From: an uncultured Actinomycetes bacterium
GTDB lineage: Bacteria; Actinomycetota; Thermoleophilia; RBG-16-64-13
Assembly: GCA_963841735.1 (NCBI GenBank)
Contig: CAWJDT010000001.1
Span: 384,001 to 448,000 of the forward strand
Length of the DNA: 64,000 nucleotides
Reading direction: 5' to 3'
The translations under genes and the position numbers were made by a program. Positions 50,132-58,951 of this stretch are shown here, piece by piece. A model generated the notes under the pieces. It was not told where the DNA came from, searched no databases, and saw nothing but the letters and a program-made list of their open reading frames with translations. Every line of letters begins with the position of its first letter. The stretch's first letter is position 1.

Positions 50132-50458
50132 CTACAAGCCTGAGAGTTGGAGTGAAGGCGTACCGTCAACGCTGCTTTCGCCTGACTGATACGTCACATT
50201 CAGGGCCGTGAACCACACGGTCGCTTTGTCAGGCCAATTGTTCACGGTGTAGTAGCCCCGGGCTTTCGTGTCGGCGTTCAGTGAGTACGCTTTGGCCTTC
50301 ACGCTGTACTTGTCCGGCGACCAGGAGACGACACGCTTGACCTCCCACGCCGTTCCGCTCCCCCCAATGCCCAGGGCGGGTACGGAGATGACCAAAGCAC
50401 AAACCCCAACCAACGCCACAGCCAACGCGATCCTCAGTTTCCCGCGGAGGTGTTTCAT
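50132..50458 (-). CDS. Small secreted protein
   Basis: Sec signal peptide (VPALG) followed by ~80 aa aromatic-rich mature part. Confidence 0.7.
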   Translation of the reverse strand: MKHLRGKLRIALAVALVGVCALVISVPALGIGGSGTAWEVKRVVSWSPDKYSVKAKAYSLNADTKARGYYTVNNWPDKATVWFTALNVTYQSGESSVDGTPSLQLSGL

Positions 50459-50881
50459 TCTTGCGACTCCAGTCTACTCGATGACTTCAGCTGCCTTTGG
50501 CGCCCTTTTGCGCAGTGGCGGAAACGCCAGAGTGGGCCGCCATTTGATGCGCGCCTTGTACCCACGGCAAGACCGATAGCTCGATAGGCCCCCCCTTTCA
50601 GATTGCCTGGCATATGTCGGAGCCCTACCGGCCGTCTCGCCGCGCCTTCCGGCGTGGCTTCCTCCGCCAGCGCCCTACCCTCATATATGTCCGGCAGGCG
50701 CAAAACTGTGCCTTCCGACAATCGTGACCCACACGAGAGAGCCGCGTTTTGCGTGGATTCGCCGCTGCAGTTGGCTGTGAGAGCCGCCAGGACGGACTGG
50801 CGTCCGACAACCAGCGAGACTGGCCGTCCGCCACTGCTCGGCATTCCCAAAGGGCAAGGGTGGCGCCTCTCGGCGCCAGGT

Positions 50882-50985
50882 CTACCCGGCCACGGCGCGA
50901 GCAAGGACCTCTGCGTTCAGCCGGTCCCGCAGGGCGTCCGGGGCCACATCGAGGTCGTAGTCAGCCTGGAGCCCAAGCCAGCAGC
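50882..50985 (-). pseudogene. HigA-like antitoxin C-terminal fragment
   Basis: WLGLQADYDLDVA.DAL.DRL..EV. Confidence 0.55.
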
Positions 50986-51031
50986 ATCTGACTCCGTAGG
51001 ACTTTAGTTGGACTCTGGCGCGGAAAGAGCG

Positions 51032-51097
51032 TGCAAGATCTTGTGCTGTTCTGGCGCGGTTTATTGGCCGGCCGGGACGCGAGCCTTAGCCCTCGCG
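51032..51097 (+). repeat. L-motif copy 9
   Basis: GCAAGATCTTGTGCTGTTCTGG...GCGAGCCT. Confidence 0.65.
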
Positions 51098-51129
51098 CAA
51101 CTCACACCATTGCCAAGCTGACGCCGTTC

Positions 51130-51640
51130 GTTCTGCTACTCCACCTTGAGCTCGACTCGTGGTCGATCATCAGTTCCGCGAGCTTCTGGCCGTCGATGAG
51201 GGCGATCTTGTTGTCGATCTTGCCGACGTAGTCGCGCGCTTCGGCCGAGAAGCACGAGGTGGTGATCATGATCCCCTTCTTGGAGCTGGTTTCAGAACGA
51301 AGCCTTCGCCACCCGGCGACATACGGCCGCCGAGTCCGCGCTCAGCGGAGGGATCCGTCGTCCTCGGTCGCGCCCGTAGCGCCGCTACGAACGCTCCCTG
51401 CGTCCTTGGCCCTCTCGCGCCGATCGCATCCTGATGGCGGGGCGTCATTCTGAAACGAGTTCTTGGCCCGGATGTAGATGATGTCCGGCCCCTGGCGATC
51501 CTTGTTGATGATGCCGTCGATATCTTCATCGCCGCTGCGCCCGATGGCCCGGCCCGCGTCCTGGCGGCTGCCTCCGTAGCCCATCTTGAGCAGCAACTCC
51601 ACGACGAGTCTCTCGAGCAGGCTGGGCGAGACCGCACTTG
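51130..51640 (-). pseudogene. mrr: Mrr restriction endonuclease fragment interrupted by a MITE
   Basis: ERLVVELLLKMGYGGSR.DAG.A.GRSGDE.IDGII; KGIMITTS.FS.EARDYV..I..KI.LIDG. Confidence 0.8.
51283..51462. mobile_element. MITE (~180 bp), same family as 45841-46003
   Basis: GAGCTGGTTTCAGAA...TTCTGAAACGAGTTC; shared AACGAAGCC and TGCGTCCTTG internal motifs. Confidence 0.75.
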
Positions 51641-51671
51641 CCTGTGCCGAGTACGTCGGGGGTGTCACGTG

Positions 51672-51780
51672 TCTCCGTTCAAGATCTGGTCCTGTTTGGA
51701 CGGTGTTGTGCGGGGACGCGTGTTGTGAGTCTGTGTCCAGGAGCCAGCCACCTTTCGACCGGCGACGCTGCCGCACCCTT
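51672..51780 (+). repeat. L-motif copy 10
   Basis: TTCAAGATCTGGTCCTGTTTGGACGGTGTTGTGCGGG...GTGAGTCT. Confidence 0.85.
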
Positions 51781-51850
51781 CGCTCCTAGGCTGGTCATAC
51801 TCCACCCTAAGGCGGAGCCGGCGACAGGATGCGACAAGTAGGGTATCTTC

Positions 51851-52051
51851 ATGATGAAGGTACGAGACGTGATCAGGCTGCTTTTCGAAGATGGCTGGTT
51901 CCAGGTGAGCCAGTCGGGAAGCCACCGCCAGTTCAAGCACCCAACCAAGGCCGGCCGGGTGACAATCGCCGGCAAGCCGGGACACGAGATCGCACCGGGG
52001 ACGCTGCGCAGCATTGTGAGACAAGCCGGCATCAAGGTAGGACAACCATGA
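51851..52051 (+). CDS. hicA: HicA toxin
   Basis: DGW..V.QSGSHRQFKHP.K.GRVTI...GTLRSI.RQAG. Confidence 0.92.
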   Translation: MMKVRDVIRLLFEDGWFQVSQSGSHRQFKHPTKAGRVTIAGKPGHEIAPGTLRSIVRQAGIKVGQP

Positions 52052-52275
52052 GAACAGTCGCGATAATCATCGAAAGAGCAGGTCGCAACTACTCTGCCTA
52101 CGCCCCCGAAGTCCCCGGCTGCATAGCCACCGGAGCGTCGGCCAAGGAGGCCGAGGACAATATGCGGAGCGCCCTCGAGCTTCACCTGAAGGGCATGGCA
52201 GAGGACGGCCTCGAAATCGTGTCTGATGACGTCGTGGTACGAAAGGTCACACTGGCAACCAGGTGTAGAGAATGA
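52048..52275 (+). CDS. hicB: HicB antitoxin
   Basis: IIERAGRNYSAYAPEVPGCIATG. Confidence 0.9.
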   Translation: MRTVAIIIERAGRNYSAYAPEVPGCIATGASAKEAEDNMRSALELHLKGMAEDGLEIVSDDVVVRKVTLATRCRE

Positions 52276-53390
52276 CAGATGCCGAGGGTGCATGGCTTGA
52301 CGCACTGATAGCCTCGAAGGAAGACGAGCACCTCGAGTTCAAGGAGGCCAAGAACCACTTCGACTTCGAGAAGCTCGTCAAGTACTCGCGGCCCTAGCGA
52401 ACGAGGGTGGTGGCCACACTGTGCTTGGTGTGACGGACGTCCGCCCGCGCAAAGTGGTAGGGACCACCTACTTCAACCCCGTGGAACGCACCACCGCTGG
52501 TCTGGTCCAACGACTCCACCTCAAGATCGAATGCACCGAAGTGGCTCACGCTGGCGGTAGGGTTCTTGTGTTCACTGTGCCCCCACATCCTGTCGGGCTT
52601 CCTATCGAGTACAAGGGAGCCTACTGGATGCGAGGCGGGGAAGAACTAACTCCGATGACGCCCGACCTTCTGTGCCGGATCTTCTCAGAAGCCAGTGTGG
52701 ACTATTCGTCGGAGGTCTGCAGTAGGGCTAGTCTGAAAGACCTCTCTGATACGGCGATTACTACCCTTCGGGTGCGTTGGGCCGCGAGGTGCACCAACCG
52801 GAACATACTGGATGCTTCCAAGGATCAGCTACTGGAGGATTTGGGGCTACTTACGGATGGGGCAGTAACCATCGCAGCTCTCGTACTGTTGGGTAGTCAG
52901 GATGCACTTCGGCGCTACCTCCCACAAGCCGAAGTCGTCTTTGAGTACCGTGCGAGCGAGTCATCACTACCATTCCAGCAACGACGGGAGTATCGCGAGG
53001 ACTTTCTGTCCTTTGGCGAAGACCTATGGGAGACCATAAACCTGCGCAATGAGATCTACCAGTACCAAGAAGGCTTGTTCATGCGCGAGATCCCGACATT
53101 CAACGAGGCCGTCGTTCGTGAGGCTGTGCTTAACGCTATCAGCCATCGCGACTATCGTCTCGCTGAGTCCATCTTTGTACGCCAGTACCCCCGCAAGCTC
53201 GAGATTGTGAGTCCAGGCGGATTTCCTCCGGGAATCGAAACGTTCGAACATCCTATGGCGCCAGTCTCCCCGCAACCGGAGGATTGCCGAAGTGCTTGCC
53301 AAATGCGGCCTCGTGGAACGGTCCGGACAAGGCGCGGACCGGATGTTCGAGGAGTGCGCGAAGGAGAGCAAACCATTCCCAAGAATCCGC
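52272..53390 (+). pseudogene. AlbA_2 (Schlafen-like) + HATPase_c_4 protein, frameshifted and 3'-truncated
   Basis: EHLEFKEAK, ALANEGGG, LGVTD; REAVLNAISHRDY, SPGGFP. Confidence 0.8.
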
Positions 53391-53570
53391 GTAAAGAATC
53401 AGCGCCCCGATGGGGTACCCCCGGACCAATGAGGCGACCAACTGCATCTTCTGGTCATCTGACCATACCGGCGTGCGCTGGAACCTGGGAATCTCCACGA
53501 TGAACTCGCCGGCGTGGTTACGCGCATCCACCAGTTCTCGAACCTCATGCGTGCGCTGCTGTGTGCCCAA
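53390..53570 (-). pseudogene. DUF262 N-terminal fragment
   Basis: IPRFQR..VWS....QLV.SL.RGYPIGALIL. Confidence 0.7.
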
Positions 53571-53761
53571 GTCAGAACCCCTTCACTCAAATGCGTCCCG
53601 AAGCCACTCGACTCACGCTAGCACACAGGGGGGACGGCATCCGTTGGGCGGCCCGAGTTCGGCTCGAAGACGTTGCCCAAGTCGAAGCTCAAGCAGCCGC
53701 ACCCGTGCCTTCCTTCTCGTACCACGCCTGGTCAGGCTGTCTTGAGAGTGCAGTTCGGTGA

Positions 53762-53815
53762 CGATGCCACACTTCACGCGTTTCTCGAAGGCGGTGTAGG
53801 TCTGCTCGGGGGTAA
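53762..53815 (-). pseudogene. Short third copy of flxA 3' segment
   Basis: TPEQTYTAFEKRVKCGI vs TPEQTYTTLEKRMKCGI. Confidence 0.75.
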
Positions 53816-55554
53816 GGTAGTCCAACGCCCTTGATAGTCGGGGCCGTCTGACTTCGGCTTGGTACGCGGCTCATCAATCTGAATCGTCAGCGGAATTGGG
53901 AAGTCGGCACCGATGATTGCTGCTTCTCCGGGCCGCAGATTGGGTAGAAATGCGGAGGCCGCACGATCAATCTCCCCGCAGGCGCGCTCCACCACTTCGC
54001 GGTCGCTGTCGTTGGTCAGCCGATGCACAATCAGTGTGCCCATTTGGCTGAGCACCCCCTCTGTGATATCACGAGGGCGTTGGCTCGCAAGACAGATATT
54101 TAGACCGTACTTGCGGCCTTCTTTGGCGATCAACTCGAAAGCATCCAGCTTGGCCGCGTAGTCCTCGGCCCCAATTTGTCGGCCCAGGAAGTTGTGGGCC
54201 TCGTCTACCATGACGAGCGTCGGTCGGTCTCGAAACGTACCCGCCCTCGCTTTTGTCAGCAGGTGACGGCCAATGACATTCGCGATGATCTCGCGCGCAT
54301 GATACTCATAACCGATGCCCCCCATGCAAATCCGCAGAAGCCTCACGTCTCGGGCAACGAACTCGTCGATTAGGGAGGCTCACCCGGCGCTCGATCAGCA
54401 TCGAAGACACACTCAAATGCCGGAGATGTCAGGACTGCGTTGATACGCGAGAATAGCCGCGAGACAGTTCGCATAGCTTCCGTCGTCAGGTCCGCCCCAT
54501 CTTGTCGAATCCGGCGCCCTCGAATTCCCCCCATTCGGCCACACGCATTCCTGCTCGATCTGGGCCACCAAGTGGCAGACATCAAATGGCTGTCGCGGGT
54601 CGTCAAGCAGCGACGAAACCTCCGGGGCCAGCTCAGCATCCAAAACCGGCTGCTTGAGTTGATCGTGCTTGCGAATCTTCCCGTCGGGTGCAAGATCGGG
54701 CCGAATCGTTGCTAGTCGCAAGCTCCTCATGGCCGCCCGCAACTTCGGCCCCTGCACCTTCCCAGCAGGCTCAAACAGCGCCACGAAGTCCGATTCCAAG
54801 AAGCTCGTCGGCGGGAGGGAACACGCCACCGAACTCTGACCCTTTTCGAACGGCTCGCCCAGATGACAGTGGGAAATCCCATCACCGTCGAACTTTCTGT
54901 ACTCCCCGGTGGCGTCAATCAGAATAAGTTTCGCCTTGTGCCTGATGCATTCCTCGATGATTCGCGCCATGGTCCAACTCTTACCGCCCCCTGTCGTCCC
55001 CAGAATCGCGCAGTGACGTCCGAACAGGCGCTCTGGCTTCACGGAGACGAGACTTTCGTGGGCAGCGTCAATCGCCCCAGATTCAGAGTGACTGGTTCGT
55101 CGCCAACTCCCTCTGGCTCCATCAGTCTAGGCAATAGCGCGATGAATCGATGAGGCGCTGCGTAGATGCGATCCCCGAGACGCGGGTAGGCATCAACGCC
55201 CGGGGTGACCAGCAGGTCATCCATACGAATTGAACCGAGAAGCTGGACTTGTCCCAGTGCGTCCAAATCGCTGCTGCCAACGAAATCGCGCCCGACAGAG
55301 CGGCGCTCCGGTTCGTGAAGACGAATCTCCTTGATACGGCCCAGGAGCACGCTGCGCTGTCCTTCTATCAAAACGAATTCGCCGACCTCGCCACGCCCAT
55401 ATCGCCCGCCAGCGAAATGGGCACCGCTGGGCTGACCAGCCTCGCTTAGGTTGACGCCTACCGTCCATGCGGTCACCGAACACGCGACACCGAGGAACAG
55501 TTCAGGACGAAGAAGCCCCTTGGGAAAGGCTTGGTCAATGTCGAGCTTGCTCAC
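53774..55554 (-). CDS. herA: HerA/DUF87 ATPase (split by frameshifts ~55040 and ~54400)
   Basis: HAS-barrel-like N-terminus; RHCAILGTTGGGKS; VDEAHNF; IAKEGRKYG; ASQRP. Confidence 0.85.
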
Positions 55555-56738
55555 GGTTCCCTCGCCACGCTTCTGATTGCTTGCACAAGAGCGTCCGCGG
55601 GCGTCAGCGACTTCAAATCAGGGAGCATCGGGGCAAAATCCTCGAATGACGCTTCTACAAACCAAACGTCCTCGCCGCGCGCGCCAAGTTCGAAAAGGCG
55701 CTTCCAGTACCGATTGCCGTTGGTCTCGTTGGCCCTCGCCTGAGGATCCACCACGACAAGTCGCAAGTGCGGATTTGACTCCACCGCGGCCAACAGCGGT
55801 TCGGCCAGATGATTGTCATTAAAGCCGAAGCCGAGAGCGAGGAGACAGGTGCTCGGTTCGCGAACCGCGGCGAGGTATTGCGCCATTGCCTCGAGATGGG
55901 GCTGAACGAAGCTCTGCTGATATTTCCCGATTGCCGGATAGATCAGGCAGGCCTCCGCAGGTGTTGGTCTTTGTTCCTCGTAGATCGTTCCGTCATCACG
56001 CCTTGCCCAGTTGACCGATCCATGTAGCTTGTACAGTATGAACACCCCCTCAAGGTAGTGCCCAAGATCATCACTGGTGCGCGGCCGTCGGATAATGTCG
56101 TAGGTGAAGAAGCGCGGATCGTAGCGGCGAGGAGCGGCGAAAGAGAATCCGTCCAGCGCAACCCCGCCCAACTCAGCGGCGGCGCGTTCAAAGCACAGGT
56201 CATAGTTCGTGGTGAACACCCGCAGACGCTGATCTCGGACCCGGCGACGGGAGAGCCGGTGAAGAAGGGTCTTGTGAGTCCCAAGGAGAGTTGGGTCAAG
56301 AAACGCCGTGCACTCATCGAGAATCACCTGCTTGCTTGACTCGAGGAACTTGCTGACCACCGAATCCTGCTTGACCTGTAGGAAGGCTTCAACCTTGGAC
56401 AGAAAGAGTTCGATGTCGTGATTCGTAAGATCATGGTTGACCTTCTCAGCCACCGCTTTCGCGCTCGCTGTCGCCGCTTCACCGACTGCGCCATTCCACA
56501 AATCCATCATTGAGGGACCACCGGCAGCGCGCGAACACCCACACCCGGCGAGGACGACAAGGTTCCGCATCTGCACGGAAGCGAGGAGCACATTCTTTAT
56601 GTCATCTTGGGCCCGGCGGACCTCATCGCGCGCATTGTCGTTGGCGTCAGGAACCTTCAATCCACGCCAATGGTCGGTGCCTGGTGCTCGAAATGCGGGC
56701 TGTTCTGGCCCCTGTTCTGCTGCCGACATGTTCCCCAA
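55551..56738 (-). CDS. SIR2-like (SIR2_2) protein
   Basis: VLAGCGCS, FTTNYD, YKLHGSVNW, GFGFNDNH. Confidence 0.9.
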   Translation of the reverse strand: MGNMSAAEQGPEQPAFRAPGTDHWRGLKVPDANDNARDEVRRAQDDIKNVLLASVQMRNLVVLAGCGCSRAAGGPSMMDLWNGAVGEAATASAKAVAEKVNHDLTNHDIELFLSKVEAFLQVKQDSVVSKFLESSKQVILDECTAFLDPTLLGTHKTLLHRLSRRRVRDQRLRVFTTNYDLCFERAAAELGGVALDGFSFAAPRRYDPRFFTYDIIRRPRTSDDLGHYLEGVFILYKLHGSVNWARRDDGTIYEEQRPTPAEACLIYPAIGKYQQSFVQPHLEAMAQYLAAVREPSTCLLALGFGFNDNHLAEPLLAAVESNPHLRLVVVDPQARANETNGNRYWKRLFELGARGEDVWFVEASFEDFAPMLPDLKSLTPADALVQAIRSVAREP

Positions 56739-56817
56739 CTCCTATTTCCGCTTCCTACACCCCCCGGGACTTGCGTGGACCATCGTCGCAAACCCGGCTC
56801 GAGCACAACGGGCCAAT

Positions 56818-56890
56818 CCCAAACGTGAGCGGCTTACGTGCATCGCAGCAACCATGCGGCAGAGCGGATTGCTCCATGAGCTTGTTCGAC
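56818..56890 (-). repeat. attC-like site
   Basis: GTCGAAC AAGCTCATGGAGC...GCCGCTCAC GTTTGGG, just after the stop of 56909-57691. Confidence 0.55.
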
Positions 56891-56908
56891 ATCAGCGGGT
56901 GGGGTGAG

Positions 56909-57691
56909 CTATGTGCCATCTTGAGCGAGAATGTCGTCCTCTTGGTCTGCGTCAATGACGTCCTCGACTTGGCCAGTCTTGAGTTGGATTTGTGCCTGAT
57001 GAAGCGAGTTCGCGTAGTACTCTTCTGCGGCCTTCCATGATCGGAAGATGCGACATCTAATCTTTGACACGAAGATCTGCGGTTCCAGGGCGAGGAACAG
57101 ACCCGTGGTACTGGCAATGCTATCGAAAATCCGTCGTCGGAGTGGGTGATCGTGGGGAAGAAGGCCAGGATTGAAATTGTCAAACACGAAGTTCCTAATC
57201 GACTCTTTCACTCCCCGCCAAATGCACGCTTCCACCTCAACCGTCTTCTTTGTAGCCCTCTTGTCATACTGCAGGGGTGGACCAGCAGCGTTCATTTCCT
57301 TGAGCAGAGCTTTGGAGCCTTCGAAGAAGAGTGATTCCGAAATCAGCACCACGTCAACGTCAGATGTCTCCGCGAATGGCTGACCGAACTTGTGCGCAGA
57401 CGGGCTGAATCCCAGCCGAGCGCTGCCCACAATGCACACGTCTTGCGAACCCAAGCCAAACTCAGAGGCGACCTGTTCCTTGAAGATGATGTACTTCATG
57501 GGACTGCTGTGAAACACGAATGGAGTTCCGTCGAGAAGAAAGACCCGCGCGAGGATTTGATGATGATCCAAGCCGACTACCAGAGAGCGGAAGACCTCGG
57601 CTTCGGGAATCCCCCCGGCCTTAATGGCACTGAGGAGTTTCGCTTCCTCACCTTGCTTGTGACCGCCCTCAGCTGCCATCGCCACCCTCAA
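56909..57691 (-). CDS. Pol-beta-superfamily nucleotidyltransferase-like protein
   Basis: IVGSARLGFS...SDVDVVLIS (GS + DxD motif). Confidence 0.7.
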   Translation of the reverse strand: MRVAMAAEGGHKQGEEAKLLSAIKAGGIPEAEVFRSLVVGLDHHQILARVFLLDGTPFVFHSSPMKYIIFKEQVASEFGLGSQDVCIVGSARLGFSPSAHKFGQPFAETSDVDVVLISESLFFEGSKALLKEMNAAGPPLQYDKRATKKTVEVEACIWRGVKESIRNFVFDNFNPGLLPHDHPLRRRIFDSIASTTGLFLALEPQIFVSKIRCRIFRSWKAAEEYYANSLHQAQIQLKTGQVEDVIDADQEDDILAQDGT

Positions 57692-57934
57692 TTGCCATCG
57701 CCATCGCCTCCACCGTCGGCCAAATAGTGGCCATCAGCCCTGCGCGAGCCAACCGGGGCAACACTTGGCGCCTACACACCACCCGTCCCGAGTCTCATGG
57801 TGCCCCCCTCCAGCGTGACCGAAGCGTGGCGCGGGAACTGGGAACACTCACCGCAGTTTCATGACTATACAGACTGTATCTGTCGCTCCACGGCGCGTCA
57901 AGCCGCTACGTAGACCCTACCTCTCAAAGAATGA

Positions 57935-57990
57935 GGGGGCGCCTTTCGGCGCCCCCAAAGGAAACGAACAAGGATTTGACCAGAGCCCGG
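57935..57990 (+). repeat. R-motif (right edge of hotspot)
   Basis: GGGGGCGCCTTTCGGCGCCCCCAAAGGAAACGAACAAGGATTTGACCAGAGCC. Confidence 0.8.
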
Positions 57991-58045
57991 CGGTTGAACG
58001 TCGACTCCGGGCGTCGCACCAAGAGGCGGGTGTACCTGGCCGCCC

Positions 58046-58951
58046 CTACAACTCGTCCGGCAACCCCTTCAACTCCGCCAGCGAGAACACCGGCCCGTCC
58101 ACACAAACGTACTTGGGCCCCACGTTGCACCGCCCGCAGATCCCAATCCCGCACTTCATGCGTTTTTCGAGGGTGGTGTAGGTCTGCTCAGGCGTGAATC
58201 CCAGCTTCCCGAAGCTGATGAGGGCGTACTTGATCATGATGGGTGGGCCGCAGGTGATGGCTATCGTGTTCTCGGGCTTCGGAGCCATGCGCTCCAGCAC
58301 CGTCGGCACCATGCCCACGTCGCACTGCCATCCGTCGCACTCGCGGTCGATGGTGAGCACCAGCTCGATGTCCTTGCGCTTCTGCCACTCCTCCACGTCA
58401 TACCAGTAGGTGAAGTTGGTGGGGTGTGTCGCGCCGTAGAGGATGGAGATGCCGGCGTAGTCGGCGCGGTGCTCCAGGGTGTATTCGATGGTGGCCTTAA
58501 GAGCCGCCGAGCCGATGCCGCCCAGGACGTAGAGGATCCTCTTGCCCTTCCAGGCCTCCACCGGGAAGCCGCAGCCCATGGGGGCGCGGATGCCCACCTT
58601 GTCGCCCTCGGAAAGGTTGTGCAGGGCCTTGGTGACCTCGCCGGCCTTCATCACCGAGAACTGGATGAACTCCTTCTCGCTCGGCTTGGAGCTGATGGCG
58701 AAGGTCGACTCGCCTATGCCGAAGATGCCCAGCTGGCCCACCTGGCCGGGGGCGAAGGTGAACTTCTCCTGCACCGCCGGATCGTCGAAGCGCATGCGGA
58801 AGGTCTTGATGGTCGGGGTCTCCTCGATGATCTTGACCACCGTGGCGATCTCGGGCAGGTAGGAGTTGCCGGCCAGCTTGCCGGCGCGAGCGGTCGTCGC
58901 CCCAGGGGTCACGTCGCCGATGGTGAGGCGGGTCTTGCCGTTGGCGGCCAT
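58046..58951 (-). CDS. flxA: FAD/NAD(P)-binding subunit (FlxA/AsrB-like)
   Basis: F.PGQ, GGIG.A, CGPPIM, MKCGIGICGRC, VCVDGPVF. Confidence 0.88.
   Translation of the reverse strand: MAANGKTRLTIGDVTPGATTARAGKLAGNSYLPEIATVVKIIEETPTIKTFRMRFDDPAVQEKFTFAPGQVGQLGIFGIGESTFAISSKPSEKEFIQFSVMKAGEVTKALHNLSEGDKVGIRAPMGCGFPVEAWKGKRILYVLGGIGSAALKATIEYTLEHRADYAGISILYGATHPTNFTYWYDVEEWQKRKDIELVLTIDRECDGWQCDVGMVPTVLERMAPKPENTIAITCGPPIMIKYALISFGKLGFTPEQTYTTLEKRMKCGIGICGRCNVGPKYVCVDGPVFSLAELKGLPDEL

Noticed and set aside
50600-50880. Possible fourth integron head behind the 50861 hairpin
   Set aside because: No convincing IntI residues or ATACAGTCTG box could be read
33881-51780. L-motif read as a conserved peptide (QDLVLFGR...VSL)
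   Set aside because: Spacing between boxes shifts by +/-1 nt among copies, with no consistent start or stop; treated as non-coding
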